From Octopus sinensis (taxonomy: Eukaryota), in assembly GCF_006345805.1 (NCBI RefSeq), contig NC_043005.1:103974001-104038000 (forward strand): a stretch of DNA of 64,000 nucleotides, read 5' to 3'. The notes beneath the pieces were generated by a model that worked only from the letters and a program-made list of their open reading frames with translations, made no database searches and had not been told where the DNA came from. The position numbers and the translations under genes were made by a program. How positions within the stretch are numbered: position 1 is the stretch's first letter; each line of letters begins with the position of its first letter. This document shows positions 27,181-40,641 of the stretch, piece after piece.

Positions 27181-27704
27181 AAGGTACCAAGCAGTGGCTC
27201 TCATGGCTTCTGATCTTAACTGATTGGAAGTGTTATCATGTACATTGTTTTGTCTTGGTATAAAAGATGGACTACAGCAAATATTCTGCCAAATATCACA
27301 GATTTGCTTGTCAGTTGTTTGACTTTAACCAGTTGAGCATGTCCCTTAGTGGCTGACGATATGTGCATCTCTGATCACGAGCAGAAGTAGTGGGGTGCAT
27401 AATAGCCATGTGTTGAAAGGAATTCTTAGAGGTTTGGATAATTCACATTTGGAATTATGGTTGTTTTGTTCAACATCCTTAACCAACCCTTATTCAGGAA
27501 CCTTTTGAGCGGAATGGGCCACTCGACCTGAAGAAAATTTTAACTGGGCTCCACCTGCAAGGTCATGCGCTTTTTATGTTGATATGAGATCACCATGTCG
27601 CGCATATATCGTTGTGATGGTAGACGGGTAGTCATGATGGGTATATTGGGCTTTGTATATTTTACCCCAGTGTCACTTTGATGGCATGCACTGCTCTCTC
27701 ACTC
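27181..27704 (+). mobile_element. ~520-bp non-coding (TAA)n-embedded element, full length
   Basis: Begins GGTACCAAGCAGTGGCTCTCATGGCTTCTGATC and ends ATGGCATGCACTGCTCTCTCACTC-(AAT)n. An extra 24-bp 3' stub lies at 27117-27140. Confidence 0.85.
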
Positions 27705-27741
<37 letters not shown>

Positions 27742-27751
27742 TAATAATAAT

Positions 27752-27887
27752 GAGAAGAAGAAGAAGAAGAAGAAGAAGAAGAAGAAGAAGAAGAAGAAGA
27801 AGAAGAAGAAGAAGAAGAAGAAGAAGAAGAAGAAGAAGAAGAAGAAGAAGAAGAAGAAGAAGAAGAAGAAGAAGAAGAAGAAGAAGA
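27752..27887. repeat. Pure (GAA)n microsatellite continuing the TAA tail
   Basis: Read directly. Confidence 0.95.
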
Positions 27888-28237
27888 CGATATTATATTG
27901 ATGCACAACATAAGAAATGACACCCTATCGTTTGGTAAAAGGAGATATTTCTCTTTTCTCTTTTACACGGAAATAAAATAGCGTAAAATTAAGCTAGAAA
28001 ACATACGAACCAAATGGTATCATGCTTTATATGTACAAGAGACTATAATCAAAATGCAGCAACAACAACAACAGCAGTAACAATAACAACAATTATCATC
28101 AATGACAAACAATAATGTCAATTACAAAACTGCATCATCAAGAATGACAACACGAATGACAATCACTAATAAGATAACAATTATGGCCACCAAATCTCCA
28201 CCAACAGCAGAGTAAGAAGAAAATAACAGCAGTAGCT

Positions 28238-28488
28238 GTGGCGGCGGCGGCTGTGGCGGTGGAGGCGATGGATGTGGCGGCGGCGGCGGTGGCGGTGGAG
28301 GCGGTGGATGTGGTGGCGGCGGCTGTGGTGGTGGAGGCGGTGGATGTGGCGGCGGCGGCTGTGGCGGTGGAGGCGGTGGATGTGGCGGCGGCGGCTGTGG
28401 CGGTGGAGGCGGTGGATGTGGCGGCGGCGGCTGTGGCGGTGGAGGCGATGGATGTGGCGGCGGCGGCGGTGGATGTGGCGGCGGCGGT
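28238..28488. repeat. GC-rich 36-bp minisatellite, ~7 units
   Basis: Unit GTGGCGGCGGCGGCTGTGGCGGTGGAGGCG(A/G)TGGAT. Confidence 0.9.
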
Positions 28489-28948
28489 AGTATACGAAAA
28501 AAAGGACAAGAGGAACTAAATTACCGAAACATGAAAAACTTTTAATTGTGACCAATAAATAGGATTTGATTGGACAGGAAGGATTTGAAAACACGCTGCA
28601 ATATTATCGTATGTCAATAGAATTATGATTCTAAATCAGAACACGCAGACGCAGCTACACACATAGACATGCATTTATATACACACAGATATACAAGTCA
28701 TCTTGCACATGCCGAACACATAATACCAGTTTTTCTTAGATTTATTTTATTCTTTGCATGCCTTAAAGGGAGACAGAAAGAGAATTATTTTCAAACTGGA
28801 GACCTTTGCTTGAATGCTTTCCACTAAGCAAACTCTGCTAAAAGTACCCAAGGATCAGGCGGGTGTGTTAAACCGGGTGGGAGGGTTATATTTACTATCT
28901 GTATATGGGCGAAAAATGGCGGCAATATTAGGAAAATTCGGTTCATCG

Positions 28949-29585
28949 GCGCAGGCGGAGCCGTGGGGTAAGAAGTTTGTTTCCAAACCACGTGGTTTCG
29001 GGTTCAGTCTTACTGCATGGCACTTTCGTGAAATGTCTTCTACTTAGCCTTGGGTGATAAAAGCCTTATGAGTTGATCTGCGAGACGGAGATTGAAAGAA
29101 GCGAGCTGGCAGAAACGCTAGCACACCGGGCGAAATGCTTAGCGGTAATTTCGTCTGCCGCTACGTTCTGAGTTCAAATTCGGCCGAGGTCGACTTTGCC
29201 TTTCATCCTTTCGGGGTCGATTAAATAAGTACCAATTACGCACTGGGATCTATATAATCGACTTAATCCGTTTGTCTGTCCTTGTTTGACCCCTCTGTGT
29301 GTAGCCCCTTATGGGTAGTAAAGAAATAAGGAAATTGAAAGAAGTCTGTTGTATGTGTGTGTGTATGTGTGTGTATTTGTGTATGTGTTCCCTTCTTCCA
29401 CTACTTGACATCTGTTGTTGGTATGTTCACGTTCCTGTAACTTAGCGGTTCAGCAAAGGAGTCCGATAGAATGTGAACTAGGCACCACAAAAATATAATA
29501 AGTATCAAAGTCGATTTGTTTGATTAAAATTCATCAAGGTGGAGCCCCAGCATGGCCGCATCTAATGACTAAATCAAGAAAAAGA
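28949..29585 (+). mobile_element. SINE A interrupted by a SINE B insertion
   Basis: SINE A head 28949-29100; the body resumes at 29330; tail CCCCAGCATGGCCGCATCTAATGAC at about 29545. Confidence 0.8.
29101..29329 (+). mobile_element. SINE B (tail 1) with a 15-bp target-site duplication
   Basis: Flanked by GGAGATTGAAAGAAG (29087-29101) and GGAAATTGAAAGAAG (29330-29344). Confidence 0.9.
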
Positions 29586-30369
29586 AAGTTTTTTGCATAT
29601 TAAATTTAATATTTAACTAATTCCTTTTTGGTAAGTGAAAAATGTACTTAGATGTTTAACTAATTGTGGTGAAGAACTTGTGCGAGTCAACAAAAAAAAC
29701 CCCAAAAAACTTCGAAGTGGTCGATCGATCTGCAAGAAATAATAGATACAAACTCACTGCATTTCATCTAACTGCTTTTTGAAAAGCAAAGGTACAGAGA
29801 TAATAGAGTTAAGGATTCTCTATAAGACGAAGTGAGCAAGTCTGGAGTGTGTCTGATGATAGGTTTACTCAATAAGAGCTTATCAAGGTTAAACAACAAC
29901 AATAACAGACACTGCCAAATCTATAAATATCATTCTTATTTTTTAGATTTTATTTTAGTGACTGACTTCAGATTCCACTGAGGTCAACTTTGACTTTCAT
30001 CTTTTCGGAATCGATAAAATAAAGTACAAGACAAGTAATGTGATCCACTGAATCACAAAATCGTTGGCTTTGTGCCTAAGTCAGAAACTCTTTTACTATC
30101 ATAAGTGTTCAGACAAATCTTGGGAAAATGTATTCTATAGATTTGTAGGTAGAATATGACATATGGAAAATATGTGGAAGCCCGTCAGAGAGATTATTCA
30201 TAATTACCATTGTCGTGCAGCTACTGTTTATACCTCGTTCAGAGATTTATTATTGCTTGTTTACATTTTTTCGAAAGCAGTGACTTTTCGTCACTGGGAA
30301 ATGGATATATGTGTTTGCATTGGGATCCCTTCGCATCGAAGACCGGCGATTGTCGTGCGCTGACGACGG

Positions 30370-30540
30370 ATAAATAAGAATCACCTTTAAGGGTATGAAA
30401 AGAATCGCGCGATCAAATGACTTACAATTCGTGACCGTGTTGCACAACTGGACTGTGCTCACAGTACAATATACAAGATGGCAGGAGATTTTGGGTATTA
30501 GAAAGTATATGAAAAGCGGACACCTCGTTATCTGACCTAG
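30370..30540 (+). pseudogene. Mariner transposase N-terminal (HTH) fragment
   Basis: Near-copy of 36985-37140; DRVAQLDCAHSTIYKMAGDFGY. Confidence 0.7.
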
Positions 30541-30770
30541 AAACTCGGGTCCGTGCGTATCACGTCAGGTCGACGATGGGAAAGATGGCTTCCCTTTGTA
30601 AATACTGGTAGGGCACAGAATGTGTGTCAATAGCCAGCTGGAGAAGATGTTCTCCTGGGGCTACAAGCTACAGTAGCATCCACCGTTAGTGGTTAGCCAC
30701 ATTTAAGTGGCACATATACTTCACATTGTCGTGCAGCTACTGATTATACCTCGTTCAGAGATTTATTATC

Positions 30771-30808
<38 letters not shown>

Positions 30809-31399
30809 TTGCGCTGATAGCGGTATGTATAATGCATCTTTCAATTATTTACGTTCGGTATGTCACCTTTGGGGTAGAAAGGGCTCCTTAGCCGTAGTGA
30901 AGGCAATCTATCTAGGGAGATAACCTTACAATAAATCACTGGGTCCGTAGCTTAGAAATACTGGGTTGACGTCCAGCGGGAACAGCTTTGTTTCATGGAG
31001 GAGGAAAGATCTTCTTTAGTACTTGGTTGTACAATGCTTTCCAATGTGTGTAGTAGTGGCGCGCGCACACATTATTAGCCATTTGAAAAGACTATGAAAG
31101 TCTCGACCACGGTCGAACAATGATGATGATGATGATGTCACCTTTGATGATCGGAAAGGGTTCTTAATAACTCATACCGTGAAAGCCATAGATTTGGGAC
31201 CATCCAAATTATCTTATAAATCCTCGCTCTCTATTTTCCTCGCTTACAACCGTGTGTAGTGGAATAAAAATCTAAGTGGTTCATAGACAATTTGGGATCT
31301 ATTTTTAGCAGACTGGTGTTGTAATCATTGACTACCCTTATTATAATTTAACACATATATGTATGCATGCATCTATGTATCTATGTATGTATTTATGTA

Positions 31400-31475
<76 letters not shown>

Positions 31476-32219
31476 GCTAGTTTTATTTCCGCCGTATCAC
31501 CTTATCATTATCTCGCTCAGTTTCTCTTTCGCTTTTCCCCTATTCCTCACCATTCCATTCTCCTAAAGTAACCTGCAAATACACCCCCACAACTCCCCCA
31601 CACCATACTCATCTAATTCTCTTGCTTGTTTTCCCTTACTGACTCCCTTCCCAGACACCCTACCCATCCACATACACAAACACACGCTCACACACGCATA
31701 CAGTCACACACACACACTCACATATATACTCACCATCTTATCTCTAAATATACACACTATCTCTTTTTTAATCAAAACATTGCCATAAGCAACAACCCTC
31801 GCTCGCACACCAGACACTTTCAAAATATCGTTTAATTTATTTTTATTTTTTTCTACAACCTGTTGTTGTTGTTGCTGTTGTCTTCTTTCAGCCGCCGACG
31901 CCTCCACCATCGCTGCTGCTACCGTTGTCGCTGGTGCTATTCTCATTTCTGCCATTGATGTTGTTTCTTCATTTCTGATGATGTTGCTCTTGTTACAGAG
32001 ATGCTTGTATCTGTTGATGTTCCTGTGGCCATTGTTGCTCTGGCGTTTGTTGCTATTTTCGTTGTTGTTGCTATTGTTACTGCTGAGATTCTGTGCTATC
32101 GTTATTCATGTCGTCGTTGCTATTGGTATTGTTACATAGATTTGCTGTTCGTTTTGTTGTTTCCGTTGCTTTTGTTGTTCCCAATGTTGTTACTGCTGTT
32201 TTGTTGTTGTTTTTCACAG

Positions 32220-32220
32220 C

Positions 32221-32253
<33 letters not shown>

Positions 32254-32286
32254 CATTATTATTCAGTATACTTATATTATTATTAC

Positions 32287-32348
<62 letters not shown>

Positions 32349-32350
32349 TA

Positions 32351-32409
<59 letters not shown>

Positions 32410-32548
32410 TATTATATTATTATCATTACTTATATTATTATACTGTTATTATTATTATTATTATTATTATTTATTATTATTATTATTATTATTATCATTA
32501 CTTATATTATTATTACTGTTATTATTATTATATTTATTATTATTATTA

Positions 32549-32581
<33 letters not shown>

Positions 32582-32601
32582 CATTACTTATATTATTATA
32601 C

Positions 32602-32691
<90 letters not shown>

Positions 32692-32712
32692 CATTACTTA
32701 TATTATTATTAC

Positions 32713-32750
<38 letters not shown>

Positions 32751-32770
32751 ATTATTATTATTATTATTAC
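32220..32770. repeat. Long compound (ATT)n array with recurring ATCATTACTTATATTATTATACTGTT interruptions
   Basis: Read directly. Confidence 0.95.
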
Positions 32771-34389
32771 CGTTGTTGTTGATGTAACTGTTTTGTCATT
32801 TTTACTGCTTTTTGTTGTTCTTGTTGTTGCTAATGATGCAGCTGTAGGTGTTTTTGTTGTTGTTGTTGCTGTTTTTTTTTCTTTCTTATATGATTTTGCA
32901 GTTGTTGCTAATGCTAATGCTGCTGGTGCTATTGTTATTGTTTTTTGTGATAATGGTAGTGTTGGTGGCGCTATTGCTGTATATGCTAATGTTTTTGTTG
33001 GTTTTATAAACACCTCTCATTTATCTATTGTGTCACTTTTGTAATTTTTTTTGTATTTATTTATTTTCTTCTCGCCTTTACTGTTTTCTCGGCATTATTA
33101 ATTTGTTCCAGTTTGTCTTGGAAGTAACAAAAAGAATAACACCAGCGACAGCAACATCAATACCAACATCGAGTTAATGTAAAAGTATTTAAGTGGTATT
33201 CGATCTGCTAGAAATAGCTGTGGAATTTCCTTCAAATCCACGTTCGCTCATTTTGTATAATGGCAGCACGCATTGGATAACGTAGTCCTTGGTAGACATA
33301 AAACAACAGGATGGAATACGTTTGATCGTAGGTTTGCACGATCAGGGTTGATCCAAGGAGGATAAGCAACAACAACAACAACAACAATTTTAATAAAACA
33401 AACACTTAATTTGTTCCGACACTATGCCTTCTGGATTCAAATCCTTCCGAGGTCAAATTCTTTTTTTCCTTTGATTCTTTCGGGGCTGATAAAAAAAACC
33501 CTTATGGACTCAGGAACTGGAACTGTTAGAGAGTCGTGCGAGTCGCATTGCGGTGTCTGTTCCGAGTCTTTGCATTTTGACAGCAATGCCTGCGATACAA
33601 CATTGATGATAACCTGTCTCGCTTTGTCTGCAGCGATTCCCTTGGATAAAAACTCCGGTGAAGAGGAGAGGGGAGATTTGCATGCATACAAGGATTCCTT
33701 AAAAAAATTTTCCCAGGTCTGCACCTACGTGTGTTGATGCATGGTCAACCTTGATTGAAAGAGGACCCTTATTGAGGAGAAGCTGTTATCATATAACTCC
33801 GGGTCAGCAATGTTAGAGCAGATACATACATGAGAATTGAATAAAGGCATACAAAGCAGCGAAGATAAAAATAATGTTGTGTTCATTTATATTAAACACG
33901 CTCAAATACATCAACGTGGAAAGACCTTCACTGTGGCAAATGTACAGAGTTTTATTTTAATCTTCACGGCTTTGTGCGTCTTTATTTAATTAATTCCAAA
34001 CCGACAATGCGTAGCACGTATTAACAAATAATATTTTTTGCTGCCTACACTTTAGAACCTCAGTTCTTGGTAGATTGCGAACGACCAGATCGCTGTGTCA
34101 CCGATGAAACGCAACCACGCAGAAACACGTATCTCACAATTCATTGACATCATTCAGGGTTCATCTGTATTTTCACACGCATAATCTATATATTTAACTC
34201 CTGCAAGGTTTCCATGTTTATCTGTATATGAGTGTTTTAAGTTTAAACATGTATATTACCAAAAACAAAAGAATTTCTCAACTATAATTATAATTTTCGA
34301 AACAGCAGCCCCTAACGTCTTAAGGTATAATCACTTTCCGAGTAAAATTCAGAATGCTCAAGTTTTGCTTTTATTTTCCTCTTACCTGT

Positions 34390-34750
34390 TTTAGTCACTG
34401 GACCGCGACTATGTCGAGGCACGTCTTGTAGACTGGTCACCAATCGGATTGACCACAGTACATATTTTTTTTCGTCTGGACTCATTTACCAAACCGCTAT
34501 GTTACGGGGACGTTAACAAATCCACACCGGTGGTCAGGGGGCTGGGAAGATAAAAACACAGGCCTAAACACACACACACAAGTACGCACACACCACACAC
34601 GCGCGAACACAACGGGGTTCCATTTAACAAATTCGGTCACTAAGTATTAGTGGTCATGAGGATATAGTAGAAAGCCAAGGCGTAACGCAGTGCGACTGAA
34701 CCCAGACCACCTGGTTACAAAGGGAACTTTTTAATCACACAGCCATGCCA
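34390..34750 (-). mobile_element. Degenerate SINE A
   Basis: GTTTTAGTCACTGGACCGCGACTATG tail and GACTGAACCCAGACCAC..CACACAGCCA head, both reverse-complemented. Confidence 0.65.
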
Positions 34751-34854
34751 ACAGCGATAGTTTAAAAGTAAACTATTTCCGAACAAGTACAAAATGGTTT
34801 GAAATCCAGGTAAGACAATGATAGTAATTTTAATCAAAAAATACTCTGATTCGT

Positions 34855-35200
34855 TACACCTGCATTTCTTTTGGCTGAGGATGGTGTACATAGATCTTGA
34901 ACATTTTGCTGAAGTTGATGAAATTTACCTTTCAATGTTATTTTGAAAATGATTATATATGTCCACATAGAGGCAGTCAACGAGGGTGGCGCATAAAAAT
35001 TCTCCATTTCCATTAGCTATATGGAATATTTCTGACCGAAGTATAAATCTTTTCCAGTGTGCACTGAATCGATCAGAAAACACTCTACAGCCAAATGTCA
35101 GGAACTTTATTGGTGTGCTAGAATCTGAAGAATAGTTTGCAAGAGTTAAATTGCTAAAAATGATCAAGAGAGAGAAAACGTTAACAAGAAGAAAAATACG
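34855..35200 (+). pseudogene. MULE/Mutator-like transposase C-terminal relic
   Basis: Frameshifted AFLLAEDGV..FENDYICPHRG..PLAIWNISDR..QPNVRNFIGVLESEE. Resembles the AFLPxxDV..YFExxYIG..FPxxxWN..HPNxxxFIxxLKxEE pattern of MULE transposases. Confidence 0.55.
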
Positions 35201-35404
35201 GAGATAAGTACAAGCCCATTAGAAGATCCGAAACATAACAAAAAATGTCTTGAAAGCAGTTAATTAATATTTGAATTTTTAATATGATAGTATTTTTTCA
35301 TATCATCCACAGTGTTTAGTTTTCATTTTCTGGAAAATCTTTAAGCTGAATGACTCCAAATAAATAATTTTTGCTTTTACATTTATTTACTTTTTTCTTT
35401 TATC

Positions 35405-35650
35405 TGTTACAGTCACTGGACTGCGGTAGTGCGGAGATACATTCTCGAAGGGTTTTAAGCGAATAGATAGACTACAGTGCTTGAGTCCGGTGTGCTTCTT
35501 TTAGTTTCAGCCTATTAAACCCACTCACAAGGCTTTGATCAGTCCGAGGCTATAGAAGACATCTGCCCGAGGTGCCACGAAGTAAGGCTGAACCCAGAAC
35601 CATGTGGTTGGTAAGCAAGCTACTTACCATACAGCCGCCACGCCTGCGCC
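35405..35650 (-). mobile_element. SINE A (internally deleted)
   Basis: CTGAACCCAGAACCATGTGGTTGGTAAGCAAGCTACTTACCATACAGCC..CCTGCGCC. Confidence 0.75.
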
Positions 35651-36741
35651 TACATATTGAAATGGCAAAATAGTTTCCCCATTCCGTGTTTAAACAAGAA
35701 AATATACTTAAATTATATGAGCACTTATAACATATTTCGACAAAATCTGACCAATTAAGGTATTAAGAGAGGTGGCGGGGAGAGACATCTGTGAGCTAAA
35801 TCACCAGAACCAATGCGGAAAAGAATCCTCAGATGCATGCAATGTATATATAGAATCAATACGAAGTGTATGATGGCGGTGGGAAATAAGTAGGCTGGCT
35901 TGGACAAATGTAAATGATAATTACAATGTAGTAGATATTAATATATTAGCTTGCAGTGTAAGTAATAAGCTGTGGTATTAATAAGACCAGACAGAAATTA
36001 TAGAAAAATATCCATTAAATTACACCACCACCACCACCACCGCCGCCGCCGCCACCGCCACAACCACCACCGCCACCGCCACCGCCATCACAACCATCAC
36101 CACCACCGCCGCCGCCGCCCGCATTTTCAAGTGAAAGTAGGTGTTGTACAGGTTGTGTTTGTCACAGAGAGCAGACGAAGGGAAATAACAGATTGTTGCG
36201 ATTACAGAATCACTCCTGGAAACATTAAACGCATAAATACACACGCACACACACACGCATGCATACACATACATATAGTCTCACCTGCGCGCACGCAAAC
36301 ACACACACATACATACATACATGCATACATACATATATACATACATACATACATACATACACACTTACATACATACATACATACAGAGATATACACACAC
36401 ACACATAAACATACACGCATAAACACTCGCATACACACTTAGATACATAAGCATATACCTACACATACATGCATATACCTACACATACATAAGTGAACAC
36501 GAATTATACTAAGCGTTATGCAAAAGTGAGTATAACTTCTTTATTTACCGACGTCACTCGTTCGAGTTGCACTGATTGGTAGAGTGACACTTCCTGTCTG
36601 GTGAGTGACTCTTATTCTTGCTCTTCATCATGGTTGGCAAATAATGGGTTCCAAGTAAAAGCAACATGCCGTCATTGAGTTCTAGACGAAGAAGGGGTGC
36701 TGATTGTCCGTTTAAGCACAGAAGAGCTACTGCTTGTTTTA

Positions 36742-36870
36742 CCATCCTTTCGGGGTCGATTAAATAAGTACCAGTTACGCACTGGGGTCGATATAATCGA
36801 CTTAATCCGTTTGTCTGTCCTTGTTTGTCCATTCTGTGTTTGGCCCCTTGTGGGTAGTAAAGAAATAGGT
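36742..36870 (+). mobile_element. SINE B 3' half (core + tail 1)
   Basis: CATCCTTTCGGGGTCGATTAAATAAGTACCAG..GGGTAGTAAAGAAATAGG. Confidence 0.85.
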
Positions 36871-36984
36871 TAGCAAGAGAAAAAGCAAGAGCAATGTATA
36901 CAGATAGATGAATGAGTTAAAAAAAAGGGGGGAAATAGTATTTTTGACAAAAACATGCAGTGAGAGAGTGTGACTGCTAATAAG

Positions 36985-37630
36985 ATTCACCATTAAGAGT
37001 ATGAAATGATTCGCGCGATCAAATGACCTAGAATTCGTGACCGTGTTGCACAACTGGACTGTGCTCATAGTACAATATACAAGATGACAGGAGATTTTGG
37101 GTATCAGAAAGTATATGAAAAATGGACACCTAGTTAACTGATACACACTTTGAAGAACAGAAAGGCGGAATCCAGCTCTGATCTGATGGGATTTTTTTAC
37201 ACCAACGATCACAAGATGTTTTTATCTGATCTGGTGACAGGGGATAAAACATGAATGAAGGCCCACTCAGTAGAATGGCATCACATTTCTTCTCTAGCGA
37301 TCAAGATGTTCAAGAGCTTGTGATTGGCACATAAAATTATGGCAACTGTTTTCGGGGATGACAAGGGTGTAATTTTCCTTTTCTGTGATACTTAAAAAGC
37401 TTAGAGAAGCCGTTGAAAGGAGGAGACTGAACAAGAATTTGAAAATGATCCTCTTTATCATGACCATACATCTTTGACCAGAAATCAGGTAATACGCAAA
37501 TTGGACTGGTTAGTTGTATTCCACCCAATGTACAGGACAGATCTGGTGCACTCCATCTTCCATCTGTTCGGACTATGGAAGACAGCTTCAGCACCAGTGC
37601 TTTGGTGACTAAGAAATTGAGATAAAACAT
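36985..37630 (+). pseudogene. Degenerate mariner transposase
   Basis: GYQKVYEKWTP (WVP motif), FLSDLVTGDKT (first D), KIMATVFGDDKGVI and FHPMYRTDLVHSIFHLFG (YSPDLAP motif), with stops and deletions. Confidence 0.85.
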
Positions 37631-37849
37631 GTCTATTAAGAAGTGGTCGCAACTGTGAACAACTGTATATTTTCAAAGATGATTCGTGGATTGGATTCAA
37701 CGTTGGTGGTAGAGCATCACTTGTGATGGTAACTAAGTTGAGTAATACTTTTGTATGGAGAAAAAGTTACAGTACCGAAATGAATAATTTGAACGACATG
37801 TTAATTAATAAAAATGATCTGCCTACTTTTACATAACATTCGGTCCCAT

Positions 37850-39250
<1,401 letters not shown>

Positions 39251-39323
39251 AAAGTTAAAGTACATACATACATACATACATACATATACACACACACACA
39301 CACACACATACACACACACACAC

Positions 39324-39367
<44 letters not shown>

Positions 39368-39919
39368 AGGAAAATTCCCCTTCTTCAGTTGCCATGGTTT
39401 CATCTACTCTGCGTTTCGAAGGTGAAGGCGATACGCATCTTCGATAGAAACTTTCCTTCCTGCGAAAAGCAAATCAAATAAAATTTGAGATCTTTTTGCA
39501 GAGGGGTAAAAATGGTAACAAAAACTGGACAGTAACGACAGTACAAAATATAAACAGTAAAAGACAGGACAAGGAGAATAACAAGACAAGAAGGGCTGTT
39601 AAGCCCAACGAAAAGAAGTATTGCGAACGCTATCTTTGAGGACGGCGAAGGAGCAAAGAAAATGCCGTCCACACTTCAAAGAAGTCAGGCCAGAAAGACA
39701 GTGGCAAAGCTCTCATCGCAAGTTAACGGCGGGAGGGAGGAGGAGGGGGAGAATTCGCGAAAAAAAACAAAAAACGAAGAAAACGAAAAAAAACAAAACA
39801 AACAGGGCTCAGGAATAGAAAAAGTCTTTTACGTTTCAAGCTCTTTTACAGAAAGGAACACAGAAAGAAACAAAGAGAGAAAAAAATGTGTGTAGTGGCT
39901 ACCGATCTATCATGGCGAC

Positions 39920-40150
39920 TCATCTTTGGATTAATTATAAATATATAATTAATCCAAACATGAACAAAGAGAAAACAGAACAGCGCGAGGACGTGGAACA
40001 AGTATAGTGTTATTGGACGCTCAGGAAAGGAAAGAAAGAAGAAGGATTTAACGTTTCGGGCGGAGCTCTTCGTCAGAAATATAGAAAAGGGAAAGGTCCT
40101 TGAAAGGGAAGACGGAGAAAGAAAATCGCCAACGATACACACGCGGTCAC
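39920..40150 (-). mobile_element. Solo Penelope-like terminal repeat
   Basis: Minus strand: hammerhead-like motif, then TTCCTGAGCGTCCAATAACAC..TTGTTCCACGTCCTCGCG. Same order as 57711-57820 and 2390-2480. Confidence 0.6.
40046..40080 (-). ncRNA. Minimal hammerhead-like motif, canonical CUGACGA core with extra A
   Basis: ATTT-CTGACGA-A-GAGC[TCC]GCCC-GAAA-CG-TT-AAAT; one mismatch in stem II. Confidence 0.6.
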
Positions 40151-40598
40151 ATATTGAAATGACCGGAAAGGAATGGGTGGAGAGAAAGTTCTTTCAAAGA
40201 CAGGAGAGTGCAAGAGAAGGCGGTATGTGTGGGTATGTGCGTGCGCGCAGGTGTGTGTGTGTAATGATAGCACGTGTGTGCGTGTGTGTGGTTGTGGCTG
40301 TTTATCTATGTTTGTGGTTGGGTTTAGTATCGTTTAAGGTCACAGGAAGAATTTATAGTAAGAATTTTGGTAGAAGTGGCTGCCCGTTGTGTGTCTACCT
40401 ACACATGTGCGTAGCAGAGTGGTCAGTAGGAGGTAAATATATATATTCGAACGGTTACTGAAAAGTTCATGGCTTTAAGGGCATCATGAAAGGCCTGGAT
40501 GGAGGCTCAAACTTTCGAGTGCTTTTACAGGGCTTAGAAGATTTGAAGGACCGCTGCAATAAGTGTGAACCTGAAAGAGGAGAATAAATCCTTAAAAT

Positions 40599-40639
40599 GT
40601 TTTAGCCCGAAGGCCGCGGCCATGCTGGGGCGCCACCGC
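40599..40639 (-). mobile_element. SINE A-type 3' tail fragment directly downstream of the tRNA
   Basis: GCGGTGGCGCCCCAGCATGGCCGCGGCCTTCGGGCTAAAAC versus the family A tail GCGGT(G/A)(C/T)(C/T)CCAGCATGGCCGCAG..CTGAAAC. Confidence 0.7.
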
Positions 40640-40641
40640 TG

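Noticed and set aside
27181-27240. HDV-like ribozyme at the 5' end of the (TAA)n element
   Set aside because: A P3/L3-like GGC-TCTCATG-GCT is present, but I could not find a matching 7-bp P1 or a P2.
28238-28519. Ala/Val-rich or Arg/His-rich repeat protein
   Set aside because: The open frames follow from the stop-free 36-bp unit. There is no splice or start context.
33437-33724. 95-aa minus-strand ORF as a host exon
   Set aside because: No recognisable domain or convincing splice sites, and one end runs into a SINE B relic.
39557-39895. ~112-codon purine-rich open frame
   Set aside because: Low-complexity A/G bias explains the lack of stops. It lies between Penelope terminal-repeat relics.
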